The notes beneath the pieces were generated by a model. The model searched no databases and was not told the origin of the DNA. It worked only from the letters and a program-made list of their open reading frames with translations. A program made the position numbers and the translations under genes. From assembly GCA_951406725.2 (NCBI GenBank), contig OX597814.1:53816001-53880000 (forward strand): a DNA stretch of 64,000 nucleotides, in the 5' to 3' direction. The DNA comes from Octopus vulgaris (lineage: Eukaryota). Of this stretch, positions 1 through 14,756 are shown in pieces; the first letter of the stretch is position 1; every line of letters begins with the position of its first letter.

Positions 1-584
1 AAATGTGTGTGCCTGACTACATGGACCACATATAGGTACCACATTCAGGACCTAGTGGCCTCCAACAATCCTTTCAGTCTTCTGTTGGGAAATAACATCT
101 CATACAGAAATCCTCCATTGAATCAATACCAGTAATATTTAATCTACATTACAAGAGTCTCAAATTGGCTTAGAGAGGTTATGCTCATGTCTTGAGTCAC
201 ATCAGTGAGGGGAGAGGAAAAGTAGATCCTTTAAGGTCAGCATGGCTAACTTCTAGCTAAAGGCAAAAGAAGCAGTTAGTTCAAAGACAAATTTAGCACA
301 GACTGAAATGGAACAACATCAACTCCTCACTACCTGCCTGCCAAACACTTCAGTAGTTTCACCTGGAATAAAAATGCACTCATTACCATTAAGAGAAGAA
401 GGGAAAAAAGGCAGATACACAAAGCTACACCTACCCTACCAAATAAACATTTACACAGCTTGAATATTAAGGTTAGAAATGTAGTCACTAAAAATTAGGG
501 AAAAGCTAGTAAACTTCTGTGATTTGGTAGACAACCACAAGTAAGCAAACAAAAATGTAAAAATGAGTGTAAGTGTGTGTGTGA

Positions 585-587
<3 letters not shown>

Positions 588-632
<45 letters not shown>
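588..632. repeat. (GA)n microsatellite. Other SSRs: (TC)n 1791-1820, (CA)n/(TA)n 6042-6156, (AAT)n 12768-12818, (TA)n 37981-38090 and 43689-43728, (CA)n 60142-60185
   Basis: Directly visible perfect or near-perfect runs. Confidence 0.95.
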
Positions 633-636
<4 letters not shown>

Positions 637-1787
637 GGAGAGGTGTAGGCAAGGATGACTAAAGGATATAAATTAGGGTTCAATATTAATTACTACAGTA
701 TTCTGGTTAGAAAGAAATTATGAAACCAACACATTTCAAAATCAAGTTCTGGGGACAGAAAATTAAAAATAGTTTTAAAACAAAGTATTAAGAGGGTGCT
801 GACAAGAACAGTGAAGACTTCACATGGAGGGTTTATGTAGAGGTGTATACAATTTATAGTTCAGAGTAGCTATTTTCGAGTAGCTATTTTCGCAGAGTGA
901 AAATTCAAATCAATATGGATAAATAAGCATTATATTTGATAGAGAAATCTGAATACTAAAGGGTTAAATTTGTTAACCCTTTATTTACCATATTTCTAAG
1001 GAAATACACTGTCTCTGTTTCAATTAATTTTGAAAATAACAAAGAATTTACTGAAGTAGTAATTTTGTCATTATTAACATGGTGAACATAAATGAATAAG
1101 GAACTATGAATAGGGAAGACTTTTCAGATCACTTTAAAACAGAGTTTCTACAACAGGATCAAAAGTGGTATCAGTCTGGTTGATGATCCATCAGTCTGTC
1201 CAGTAAAATGCATCTATGGATGTTCTCACTATTGTTATTTAATATGTTGATAGGAATTATGTCACTGCCTATGTTCATATTCACATGTACACATACACAC
1301 ATACAAATGCACATGCACATTCATAAATGTACACAATTGAAAATGATGATTTCAAATTTTGGCACAAGGCCAGCAATTTCGAGGGAGGGTGTTATATCGG
1401 TCCCAGAGTCCCACTGGTACTTATTTTATTGCTCTTCTCCCCCCCCCCCAACAAAAAAAAAAGGATGAATGGTAAAGTTGACCTCAGAAGAATTAAACTC
1501 AAAGCACCAAGATGGATGAAATGCTGTTGTGCATTTTGCCCAGCTTGCTAACAATTCTGTCAGCTTGCCACCATACTACTACTGAAAATATTGATAAGGA
1601 ATATATTGGTGCACAAATATATATTAGTATGTACACACATTCTCATTCCCCATTTCCCATTTTCATGTGACTTCACAGTTGTAAACAGCTGGTACACAAA
1701 ATGTGTGTCAGTTCACAAACACATTGAAAAACAGAAACATACACCCCTCATATATTCACACTGAAAAACATGCACATCTCATACATA

Positions 1788-1823
<36 letters not shown>

Positions 1824-4800
1824 CACACACACATGTTACTCTTACATAAGCTTTACTGTTATTAGCAGTAACCTAGATAGTTTCTACTATCCCTAACAGT
1901 AGTAAATATGATAATCATCATGATTTTTGTCATCACCATCATCAATATTTGTTGGTTAAACATGATTGCTTACAGGTATTATTATACCATTAGTTATTAT
2001 TAAACCATTATAATTATACCATTATTGTTGTTGTCTTCGTTAAAGTCAGCTCTGATTAAGTAGACTTGTAATCAAAGATGTTCTAACCATAACGATATCA
2101 TTTTTATTTCAACATCTAGAACTACATTGTGACCTTCCATTTTTAAAGTGTTAGGGTATGGTTTGGGGAAATTTGATTGCTATTTCTAACAGGTTGAGCA
2201 ACCATGTAGTGACAGCTTTAATGTAGCTAGATGACCTCACTCTCAAGTTTCAGTTGTAAACTGATTGTACAGAGAAGTAAATTACTCTCTTAACATTGAG
2301 AGCAATTGCTTTGCAAGTTACCCTGATTTGTCCTATGTGTTTTTTGGGGAGGGATATTAAATATATATTTATTCCCTTATTCATATTATATTGTTTGTAA
2401 CAGTTGCTTTTATAATCCATTATTTTTTCATCTGATGCAACAAATTTCTTTTTCTGATATTTTGTTTTTGTAATGTCACTCTTTTGGTGTTGTAGGGAAA
2501 TAAAATTATTATTATTATTTTAGAAACAATAATGACATCTAATAATAGCAGAAAACTGGAACACATTTTTGATGGGGGAAACAGACATAGTGAATCTAGA
2601 ACTACAATACCCAATATGTCTTCTTTTTTTAAAATGGTAGGGTGTGATTTGGGAAAGATTTAGTTGCTATTTCTAGCAAATTAAGTAATCTCAAAGTTTT
2701 CTTTATTGGCTTGAAAGCAAGCATGTTGATTGGTGAGGTTGGTGAAGTTTCATAAATAATTTGAAAATCAGTTTCTCAATCAAATCTCAACAAAAAATGC
2801 TGCCGGGTTAACTGTAAATATTTACTCTGTAATTCATATGATCTTTTTTAAATGTAGAGGAGGCATACCTTCTTTCTAAAAAGCAATATAATATTTTGTA
2901 AGCCAATATCCATATTTTTTTTCTCTTTTTCACAATCCTAATGATTTCAAATATCCCCTAAGCCAATTTCTATTTAAAATCCAAGAAGAACCTGACAATC
3001 TATAGATTTAAGAGACCAACAAATGGCAACTTTCTAACCTAGATCTTTGACCCCCATAAAAAAAAAACAATATTTCTTTGCATATTTATGTTAATTTCAC
3101 AAGCAGGTTGTTTCTTTCACTGGATCAACTGGAACTCTCATCATCATAACTGATGGAGTACCAGTTTCCTTTTTTATGTTAGGATACTGCAAAAATATAT
3201 AGTTAAATCTAGAAGCCTAGAAAAGTAGTGGTGGCTCACATCATCAAAAATTAATTCATATAAAGAGTTCATAGAACAGTTCAGTAAGTTGATCTGCAAT
3301 GAGGAAAAAAAAACACTTCAAGCACTTTCTCTTCTTCCAAGAAAAAAGAGAATACATAACATGTTATTTTGGTTTTAAAATTAACATACTCTTTCTTATG
3401 GAAGAGGAGCAAATTACCAAAACATTAGATTTATTCACTCACTCACTCCTTATGACAAATGAACTCACTAACCTCTTCAACAAACTTTCCTATGACATAA
3501 TATATCCAAGTAGTTAATTCCTTAGATCTCAACTCTTAGACTAGAAATCACATTCCTGTACAAGTACATATCTCCATTGCTAAGCAAGAAATTTAATTTA
3601 CTAGCCTAAGGCAACATACATAATTAAGAAACATTAGTGATAAAAAGAAAGAAAGAAAACATAAAATGAAAATAAACAGCAAGTAAAAGAAAATACAGAC
3701 ACTGAACTCTAATTTAATATGCAACTAAGAGGATTATGATAAAAAATATTTGTGTGGAAAGATTAACACTAAATAAAATACATATTAGCAGTTACTAATA
3801 CAGATGCTACAACTATTTGCTGTTCTGGCTAAATGAAAGTATTGGTATTAGAATGCTGTGAGAAGTGAAACCAGGTCAGAGGCAAAGATTTAAAATTAAT
3901 TGTTCTTTAATTAAATGGATGCAGGATGCAAAAACAAGGGATAGTATTTGACAAAAGCTCTAGCTCATATATGTTGCCTTTCTCCTTACACAAAATCTAG
4001 TGAGTTTTATAAAATGTTCACCCAAAGCAAGAAAAATGAGGAAATGAAATGATAATCTTTTATTCTTTTATTTTGTATTTGTTTCAGTCATTAGAATGCG
4101 GCCATGCTGGGGGTATTGCCTTGAAGGATTTTAGTTAAGCAAATCAACTCCAGTATTTATTTTAAATCTGGTACTTATCCTATTGGTCTCTTTTGCAAAA
4201 TCAGCAAGTTATAGGGAAATTAACAAACCAACACTGGCTGTCAAATGGTACAGTAGTGGGGACAGACACTCACAAATACACACACACACATACATATATA
4301 TTCACACATAGACACAACTTTCCACACAGCTTCCATCTACCAAATCCACTCACAAGGCTTTGGTCGGACCAAGGGCATAGTAGAAGACACTCAGTTAAAT
4401 GTAAATGAACCCAAAACCATGTGGTTGGGAAGCAAGCTTCTTACCACACAGCCAATTATTTAATTAGTTAAATATATAACTTGGAACTTAATAGCTATGT
4501 CAAGAGATCTGGCAATCAAGTCATTGAGGTGTCATGGCAATAAATTCTGGTTACTATCCTTAGCAGACAGTTTATTCTTTGGCCAATGACTTATATCCAA
4601 ATACAACTTACACTCATTGTTCACCTTTGGAATGCTTAGCTTTCCACTTAACCTTCAACACAGCTATCAGAAGAATGTAAATTGTCACTAGGGATTAACC
4701 TTCTAGTATTTGAACCAACCATAACCAGCCATGATATTCTGCTTGTTTTATTTTCAAACTAATCAGATCCAGCTTATCACACCTTTCCTGCCAATTCATT

Positions 4801-6038
4801 CTAACAATAAGCAATCACATCATCAAAATTTCAAGGTTATGAGATAATACATGATTTATTCAAAACAATGTGAATAAATAAGCATTATATTTGACAGAAT
4901 AATCTGAATGCCAAGGGATTAAATCTATCAACAATTCCCATGATTCTTCTCATTATACTGTCTCAAGTGTCTTATTTGATGTCACTATCAGATGTTATAG
5001 CTGCTACAGCAACAAAATCTCACTTCACTCTATGGATGGATAATAATACAAAGTGTTGGTCAACAGTAAAATGCCTCACATCATGCTATGAATTGAGAGA
5101 GGTGCCTATTTTTCAGTCAGATGGAAAGAGTTACTACCATCATTCTTTCAACAGTTGTTTCACAGTGTTGGTTATGTTTTGAATCCCTTCTAGATCAATT
5201 TTAGGCAGGATTGGAAGCTTGAATTTTAAATTAGAGATCAATGAAGAAGGTGCACAGAATATACACATTTATTTTTTTTTTTCTTACACATTATAAAGAC
5301 CTTAAAATTTCCGGTCATTGGTTACCTTGTATAGTGCCATTTCGTCCTTATTTGAAAAAGACAGTATTGCATAACCCAAGGCAAATAAATTATATTAAAT
5401 TAAACATTTTACAAAGCTATTAGTGTATGAGACCATATAGCATTACTGTGGATACTGTAAATTGAAAACAATACAGTAATAGTAAAATTAGAGTAAGAAG
5501 AGAACTGGACTAGAGGAGAAAGACTAGTATAGTGTAACAATAGGAAGACATACAGTTATACTAGTAAGTTGTTGTTTAGCCCTATTTAATCCTGATCAGG
5601 TAACCATCCAATAATTTTTGTATGCAAAGAGACCTCATTATCAAACCTATTATTTTAAAGACAGTAGGAAGTGATTTGAAGGACTTTGGTAGTTGTTTTT
5701 AGCAAGTTCAGTGACCATGTTGAGGCCCACTCGTAGATGCCTTATAAACAGGATGATGTATTAATGAAAGCAACAAGCATACAAAGGCATTTAAATGAAG
5801 AAAAACAAAAGTCAGTAAACAGTGTTGATGACAGCATAGAAGGTATTTTGAGAGTGAATGACAGGCAGTAACACAGAAAAATCAGTAAAGAGGAAATGAA
5901 ATCATTAATAACACAGTTTATACTATCATTAACATCTTAGTAAGTACCATTTGCACTTACGGAGGGGTGAGTATATACAAATGTATGTGCATATAAACAT
6001 TTGGTATATGCGAAGGCATATAGGTATCTGTGTTTATG

Positions 6039-6082
<44 letters not shown>

Positions 6083-6117
6083 TGTATGTACACACACAAA
6101 TATACAATATATGTATG

Positions 6118-6161
<44 letters not shown>

Positions 6162-7059
6162 CATACTTACATACACATACATATATCTTGTACACAAATA
6201 CACACACATAAACAAATATATTTATACACATATACACATAGATGCAAGCAAGTCTGAGTGATTAAGGTATATACCTTCTAACCACATGTTTTCAAGTTCA
6301 GTCCCAATGTGAAGTACCTTTGACAAGCTTTTCACTTTGGTTCCAGACTAACCAATGTCTTGTTAAGGAATTTGGGAGTCAAACAGTGTGTGTGCATGCA
6401 TGCACATGCATGCGTACATGCATGCGCCTGTCCTATTTTTTAATCTTTTTTACTTGTTTCAGTCTTTGAATTGCCACCATGCTGGGATACTGCCTTGAAG
6501 CATTTACTCAAACAATTTTACCCCAGTACTTATTTTTTAGCCTGGTACTTATTATATCTGTCTCTTTTTAGCCAAACTGCTGAATTATGGGAATGTAATC
6601 AGACCAACATCAGTTGTCAAGCAGCTGCAATGGACAAACGCAAAAACAGCACACACACACTCATGACAGGCTTCTTTCAATTTCTGTCTACGAAACCTAT
6701 TCACAAGGTTTTGGTTCACCCAGGGCCAGAGTAGAAGACACTTGCCCAAGATGCTGCATAGTGGAACTGAACCCAAGACCTCTAGATCAGGAAGCAAGCT
6801 TCTTAACATACAAGCTTACTACAAATGCTATTCTATGATTAGAAATGGTGACATAACTGTTTGCAGCTCAGCTATAAACAGTGATGTCACCATTTGTGGC
6901 TGGGCTGCATTTTTTAATTTCTCTGGAGTAAAAAAAATCCCTTAATTGAAAAACCAAATAAGGGTGGGCAACAGAAGAACAACCAACCATAAAAATCCTT
7001 CCTTAGTTACCTTCTTTCTAAACCTTACCAGCATGGAAAAACAAGCATTAAACAAAACA

Positions 7060-7790
7060 TTATGGATGCATAAGAGATCCAGTGGAATTGTGAGAAGATT
7101 ATCAGGTAAGGTTGCTCTCATGTTTGACAGATGTGCAAGAACAGTAAATACTAAGAGCACAAGGCACTTAAACTCTCTCAAATGCCCAGGAGACTCTCTT
7201 GAGGTAGCAAATAGTTTCTGCTATTTAGGTGACCAAATTAGTAATGGTGGTGGATGTTCTGAAAGTATTGTTTCTAGAATAAGAATAGGGTGGAGGAAGT
7301 TCAGAGAACTACTACCTCGGTTGGCAGCAAAAGGACTCTCTGAGTGAAAGGTAAGTTGTATGATGCTTGTGTGAGAACAGCTATGTTACATGGTAGTGAG
7401 ACATGGGCCCTGACTGAGGAAGACATGTGTAGGCTGGTGAGAAATGAAGGTAGTATGCTCCATTGGATTTGCAACATCAGTGTGCATGACTGACAAAGCA
7501 CAACTGTGTTGAGAGAAAAGTTAGGCATAAGAGGAATTAAATGTAGTATGCAGGAGAGGAGATTGCATTGGTTTGGATATGTGATGCATAGGAGTGAAGA
7601 CAGCTGTAAACAGAAATGCCTGATGACCCAGGAAGACATGGGATGAAGTGGTGAGGACTGATCTTCAGATGTTGGGGCTCACAGAGGAAATGACAGTAGA
7701 CTGAGATGTTGGCAATATGAGGTCTGCAAAGACCTGTCTATAAAACTGAGTGCAAAAAGAGTTGTGTCCCACCCAAATGTAACAAAATCC
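7060..7790 (+). mobile_element. RTE-clade LINE fragment (C-terminal RT region and start of 3'UTR), degenerate
   Basis: LWMHKRSSG...LEVANSFCYLGDQISNGGGCSESIVSRIRIGWRKFRELLPRL, then YDACVRTAMLHGSETW. Stops and deletions present. Confidence 0.9.
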
Positions 7791-8022
7791 CAAATTTTAT
7801 TTAATTTGTTTGCAGGAGTAACTCTTGTATCAAAAGCGTATATTGTTGTTATATGCATGAAATATGAGACTAGAAAAACAACCAACAATTGATGAAGGAT
7901 CGTTCTTTATGTTGTTTGTCTTGTTTTCTATTTGTGCCTTTCATTGTTCGAAAAAATAGTTCATATTCAATGTACTCGTACTTCATATATTTTGTTGTAC
8001 ACATTTCATGACGTCCTGTGCC

Positions 8023-8052
<30 letters not shown>

Positions 8053-8053
<1 letters not shown>

Positions 8054-8503
8054 CATCATCATCATCATCATCGTTTAACGTCCGTTCTCCATGCTAGCAT
8101 GGGTTGGACAGTTTGACCGGGGATCTGGGAAGCCAGAGGGCTGCACCAGGCTCCTGTCTTATCTGGCAATGTTTCTACAGCTGGATGCCCTTCCTAACGC
8201 CAACCACTCTGTGAGTGTAGTGGGTGCTTTTTACGTGCCACCTGCACAGGTGCCAGGTGAGGCTGGCAACGGCCACGGTCGGATTGGTGTATTTTATGTG
8301 CCACCGGCACGGAAGCCAGTCGAGGCGGCGCTGGCATCGGCCACGAGTCGGATAGTGCTTTTTACGTACCAGCAGACCAGGGATCCTGGCTGGTTCAATT
8401 CAATTTCGCTTTCGCTTGCCCCAACATGTCTTCGCAAGCAAAGGGGGTTGGCATGGGTGCCTGTCGTACGGTCGGATTGGTGTATTTTACGTGCCACCGG
8501 CAC
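8053..8503 (-). mobile_element. RTE LINE 3'UTR with (GAT)n tail
   Basis: Same 3' end as 24073-24350 (ggcatccagctgtagaaac...cccatgctagcatgga...cgttaaacgatgatgat) with GGTGGCACGTAAAA subrepeats. Confidence 0.85.
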
Positions 8504-9339
8504 GATGTATATATATATATATATATATATATACATACATATAGATGTAAGCATGTACATATACGTATGTATATATGCATATATATATATATAAATCAAA
8601 ATCAAATTCGATGACTGGTATCCGTGCTAGTGGAGCGCTAAGAGTACCATACAAGCATGATTAAAATGTATGGGCCTGTAAATAAATATATATACAGACA
8701 CATACATGCATAAATGCAAGCATGCCAGTATGTAACACCCACATACAATGCACATAATCATGTATTAATGACCTAAATCTATATTTTGATTGGCGTCATG
8801 CCCTAATCCATCACAAAAGAAAAGAAAATAAGCCTTAGATATTGAAGCTAAATGTAGCTGAATGTAAGCTACATATCTCAGTGACTCATTATCTTTAAAA
8901 ATCATAGGCTCCAAATAAATGCACATTTGTTACTCTGTTAAACTATTCTTTCCCTACCAAAATTAAAATTCACAGTAAAATTTATAATATATTTTTTTAA
9001 TAATTTCATGTACAATTACTATTATTACCATTGACATTATTACCATTGTTTAACCCTTTAGCATCTAAACCGACCATATCCAGCCCAAATATTCTACCAG
9101 TTTATGTCCAAACTTCTTAACCACATCTCCACCTTCAAGGGAAAATGAAATCAGTTATATGTATGCAATAGATATATGGTTGCACATACTGGTTCATGGA
9201 GCTAAATCTGCATCTGATAACTGCATCTATAAGAATATTTAGTAGTGAGAAATTATCATCATTAACATTTCAAATCCTCTTTCTATGCTAACACATGCAG
9301 GATAGGAGAAAGTTCTTATTTGGAGTTACTGTCTCACTG

Positions 9340-10090
9340 AAAAAGGACCACATCACACGCCTACATATTACATTCTTTTGGCATGGTTTCTACAGCTGAA
9401 TGCCTTTCCTAACATCATCCATATTACAGGCTGAAATAATGTATTTTATTGTAGTACCCACTCTAAAGAGATTGTATTTCCTCAGATTAAACAGACCTCT
9501 TGACCATATGAGAGCAATGGAGATGGGCATTAGTAAGCAAGGGAGAAGTTATGGATGTCAATAATGAATGATATGGAAGAATGAGAGTGTTGGCTAGCAG
9601 TAAAGAAGGGTGGTGATAGAGGATATTGAATAGTCATCCCTCATTACACAGGCATCATGATGGGAGAAGTATATTGCTAAAGAGTGATAAGGGGATTGAA
9701 TTTCAGTAGATCCAATGGGATCTCTTGCTACACAGGTGGTTGGTACAAAGAATAAGACACAGTGAATATTTGATGAGAGAATAATGAGGAAGGGGACAGT
9801 AGTAGATGACCATAACAGGTAAGAAACTCGAATGTAGATATATCATAGAACTCATCTTCTATCACTTTTGATCATACTTTAATGAACAAGCTGGTATTTT
9901 CCAACACTGTGCCACAACTCATTGCAGTCCTTCATGTGAGACAGCTTCTAGACCTCAGTAGTATCCTCCTAAAAAAGTACTTTTCCTGTAGTTGCCTTAG
10001 TAAGAGGAGGATATCAATCGTAACTTTTCCTGACACAAAGTTAAACTCCATCTCAATATGGTTAATTCACTGTAACCATCTTGGATGACC
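9340..10090 (-). mobile_element. Highly decayed RTE LINE remnant
   Basis: Minus-strand translation near 9960-10070 EMEFNFVSGKVTIDILLLLRQLQEKY resembles the RTE RT motif QFGFxPGxxTTDAIFxxRQLQEKY. RTE-like 3' sequence near 9375-9430. Confidence 0.5.
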
Positions 10091-12765
10091 ACCCTCAACA
10101 TCTTTAGTTGATTAGATTGATCCCAGGACTTCTTTTATTGATCTTGCCTGTATGAAAGACAAAGTGAACCTGGACAAGATTTGAATTTATAACATAAAAA
10201 TACTCAGCCAAATACTATACAAGCCACTGTGTCTAATGTTGTACAAATTCTGCCCTCCAACTTACCATATATAGAGAAAATTCCTTTTTGCTTTCATTCA
10301 TTAATATTTGGGTTAATACTGAATCAAATTTGTTTTTCAGTTATGTAAAAGAATGGCAAGGGGGTTCATATTGGTTGTAGCCCTACTTGTAGCTCATTTT
10401 TCTTCATAAAAATACAAAGAGATAGTTTTCTTAGATTTTGTTGTAGTGCACAGAGCATACCTTCTCACCATTGTTGCAGTTACCATCATATACTTCTATC
10501 ATATATAAATCATCATTATCATTATTATCCTTTAAAGTTCATTTGCCACGCTGGTATGGGTTAGATGGTTTGACCAGAGCTGGCAAGTTGCATCAGGTTC
10601 CAGTCTGATTTGGTTGGTTTCTACAGCTGGATGCCCTTCCTAACACCAATCACTTTACAATGTGTGCTAGGTGCTTTTAACACAGCAGCAGCAAAAGCAC
10701 TTTTACATGGTGCCAGCATGAGTACATTTTACATGGCACTGGCACAGGACACTTGCAGCAAATCTTCTTCACCATGGGGAGCTGCCTTAACACTTCCACA
10801 GTGGAGGACAAGTACAATTAACGACCTCATTGTGGGGTTCACATTAAAGCTTCCAAAACAAACTGAAGTGGTCACATACAGACAAACAGATGTTTACTTA
10901 TGTGCTGCTTCTATTGATTTCATTATAGTCTATTTAAGCAAAGTTAACTGAGGCTACTCAACAATAACTAACCACAAATTAAGTTGTTGGTTTTTTTTAT
11001 TCATTCATCAAACCTCAATGGCAATTCTAGCCTTCATTAGGTGACAGTTATGTTGGGTGGCTAAATAATATGTGTCTGTACTCATGATTTATGAAGTTCA
11101 AGAATATAAGCTATAAAATCAGCCATCATAAAGGAAGGACTTCCACATATTAGCTGATGGAAATATTTTAACGCATATTTGAATGAACATAGATTCTGAA
11201 TACAGGGTTAAGAATAATGATGTGGGTTACTGAAATGAAACAGCAAATGGAAAACAGCAAACAATAAAATCATAAGCCAATGAAGAACAAGTTCATTATA
11301 TGACAGCATATGCAACATCAAGTGATGTGCAATTGTAAGGGTAATGTAATACAATTGAAACATCATTTACCCTTTTGTTTCAATTAATTTTGAAAATAAT
11401 GAAAAATTTATTAAAATAACTTTGTCATTATGAAGCTAGTGTTTTTGAGGCATAATCAACAGGTAGTTTTGATGGAACATTTTTCATTGAGATCGCTTGA
11501 AAGCATAGACCCAACGGCAGTTCAAGGAAGGATGGTAGCAAAAGGGTTAATTAACATGATTTCTATAAAAGATGAAATCTGATATGCAGACAATCAGGAT
11601 TGCAGTCAGAGTTAAGGATAGAGAAAACTTGCAAGGCCTACTTAACAATAAGGTTTATCGCAGCAATCTCCTTGTAATACAATTTCATAAAACAAGCAGC
11701 CAAGTTTGCTAGTCTGTTTGTCCCTAATAAATATGCCCTAAATAGTCCTTAAATCCACACACTTAACATAAGTCTATTTGGTTAAAACAATGGATTATGT
11801 ATTAGTGCTTATAGTACAGTTAAAATAACAGAAACAATTTAGAATACTTCATTTGAGATGACTAAATAGAAAATGGAAAGCTCTTCATAGTGAAATCAGT
11901 AATGTGGTTGCTCAGTAAGAGGTAGATACAAGGTTCAAAGCTCATGAGTAGACTTGTTATTCTTTTCTCTCTCAAATTGGCAATTACAATATCTAATATG
12001 ATTTGCTTTATTCTGATTGTTCAATTTTAGTTTTAATTGAAGATTTTAAATCAGTAATTATAAAAGTATACTCTAAAATACTGCTCATAATTAAAATGCA
12101 TACATATAACTGTGTGGTTAGGAAGTTCACTTCCCAACCATGTGATCTTGAGTTCAGTACCACAGTACAGTACCTTGGGTAAGCATCTTCTACTATAGCT
12201 CCAGGCCAACCAATGCCTTGTCAGTAGATTTGATAGATAAAAACTGAAAAAAAATCATTGTAGTGTGTGTGTGCGCACGCGCACCCTTTTCTAGACATCA
12301 CATGATGGTTGCAAATCAATGGTTCCCAAACGTTTTCAGACTGCCACCTGCTTGGCGCCTGACTACATTCCAAGCACCACCCCGACTCACCACCACAAAT
12401 GCAGATCAGTTTCTGCAGTAAATTCAAAAGAACTGTATTTTACAAATAAAATTTAACTTAACCCATTATTTTGAGTTTTGTTTCCATCCATCATCCCCTT
12501 TTGGTCAAGCCATTATCACTGTTTTGCTTCAATACCCTCCACACACACACCTGAATCTTTCCATCACCCACAAGAGAACAGTAAATGAACATCATCAGCA
12601 TACAAGTGGGGTACTTTGTTTCTAGTCTTCTGTGAAAAACATGTGTAGCTATAGGAGAAATATCTTTTTTGGAAACAGGCGAGGGCTGGTAACATGAAGG
12701 GTATCCAGCCATAGAAAAAACTGCCAGAACAAATTTTATCCATGCAAGCATGGAAAAGGGGATGT

Positions 12766-12818
<53 letters not shown>

Positions 12819-13047
12819 CCTTTCTACTAAAAGCACAAGGCCTGAAAAATTGGGAGAGGGAACTAGTTGATTACATTGACTCCAGTACTCAACGGGTACT
12901 TATTTTTTCAACCTGGAAAGGATTAAAGGCAAAGTCAACCTCAGCAGAATTTGAATCCAGAACGTAAAGACGGATGAAATGCTGCTTAGCATTTTGCCTG
13001 GCGTGCTAACAATTCTGCCAGCTCACCATCTTAATGATAATAATCCT

Positions 13048-13706
13048 ACAACACTTCACAAATATCTCTGAGTAAAATGACCAATAGATGAGAATGTGAC
13101 CAAAGACTGTGTACTCCAGACCAATCAGCTGTGGTAGGTTAAATAAAGCGAAACATGTCTGCCCTCAAAATAAGGGTAGACAAACATCGCAAAGCTGTGA
13201 CACGAGGAGATATTGATAAATCAGGTATAGCTGATCATGGATGGAAAAATGGAGACCACCTCCCCCTGTGGGGTAAAGTTAAAATAATAGACAGAACACC
13301 ACTGGAAAATATGAAAATTAAAAGAAGCAACACATATGTTAGGACACAACAACCTCCTAAGCAGACCAAGTTCAGATATAAGTAGTATGTGGGAACTGGT
13401 ATTAAGGAAGGATAGGAAAATATTAGATTTATAAGCCCTAAAATTCACTCCATAATTGCCCATGAGCATATGTTGTAGTGGTCAAAAGCACGGGCTACTA
13501 ACCCCAAGATTCTGAGTTCAATTCCAGACAGTAACCTGAATAATAATAACAATAATAATGACATCGAAAAATACCTTAGGAATAAGAACCCAGGTTCGAA
13601 ATTTCCCCAAGACACCTGATGAAGGCTGGAGGTTATATCAGACAAAATGTGTTAACAACAAACAAGATGAGGACAAATATCCATCAAATGTAAATAATTT
13701 AATGTA
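13048..13706 (+). mobile_element. Penelope-like element 3' fragment: GIY-YIG endonuclease remnant, tRNA-like segment and decayed hammerhead ribozyme
   Basis: Frameshifted LKIRVDKHRKAVTRGDIDKSGIADHGWKNGDHLPLWGKVKIID...WKI*KLKEATHM, typical of the PLE GIY-YIG C-terminus. Flanked by aatcct at 13042-13047 and 13707-13712 (possible TSD). Confidence 0.85.
13611..13653 (+). ncRNA. Degenerate minimal type I hammerhead ribozyme (probably inactive)
   Basis: GACAC-CTGATGA-AGGCTG-gaggttatat-CAGAC-AAAAT-GTGTT. Stem I (GACAC/GTGTT), the CUGAUGA core and stem II are present. The GAAAC box reads AAAAT and no intact NUH triplet is seen. Confidence 0.6.
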
Positions 13707-14756
13707 AATCCTTTCTATTATAAGCACAAGGCCTGAAATTTGGGGGAAAAGGAGGACTAGTCGATTACATCGACCCCAGTTTCAACTGGTACTTAATTCA
13801 TTAGTCCTGAAAGGATGAAAGGCAAAACTGACCTCAGAGAAATTTGAACTCAGAATGTGAGAACAGACAAAATGCACCTAAACATTTTGCCCGGCATGCT
13901 AACGACCTTGGCAGCTCGCTGCCTTAATAATGATGATGATGACAAAGATGATTTTATCAGCTTGCAAACAATGTGAAACAGTGAAAAGAAATATTTATTC
14001 ACATAAAAATTTAAGGAAACAACATGAAAAGATAAGGCTTAATCAATTTATAAGAGTACAGAAGAAAAAGTTAAGAACAGATGCTGTTCTTCCAAAGGAA
14101 AAATGCTTCTCAAACACAATATTAACAACAGACAAGTATATTTGAAGGAGAGAGAAAAATATTTTTTTTAAATATCTGACAAAAGATAACTCTCTTTAGA
14201 TTAAACTTCAAAGACTATACTGGATGTTTAAAAAAACCTCCAATCTATATGTTATTTATTTAAAAAGTCCTAATTGCTTCAAATGACTTAGTTAGAGAGA
14301 TAAAGGAATAGATAAGAAACTTGTTATTTTCTTTTTCTTTCATCTCTCTCCCTCTCCCTTGAATAGCCAAGTAGTTTCGATGAAGTAGCCTCTACAAGCT
14401 TAAATTAATACTAACTTTTTAATTAAGCACAAAATTACAAATTTATAAAGGTGCAAGATGTCCATGCTTTTCTGGAGGTTATCAGGAGTTAAAATAACAA
14501 TGAAATGGTTTCATTCAGAATCATAATCTGAATTACGGACCTGACACATCAAGTGCAGAAAGTAAACATTTATAAGAGAGAAGAATGAGATTGTGTAAGA
14601 TTTATGCCTTTCTCAAAATATTGGCAGTATAAATATATTGATGTGATTACAGACGGAATTACACTAAGGTCACAAACAACTCAAAAGTAGACTGGTTAAG
14701 ATCCTTATGGCTGTTTTTATTGTTCAACCTAAGTCAGTCTTGATCAAGCAGGCATA

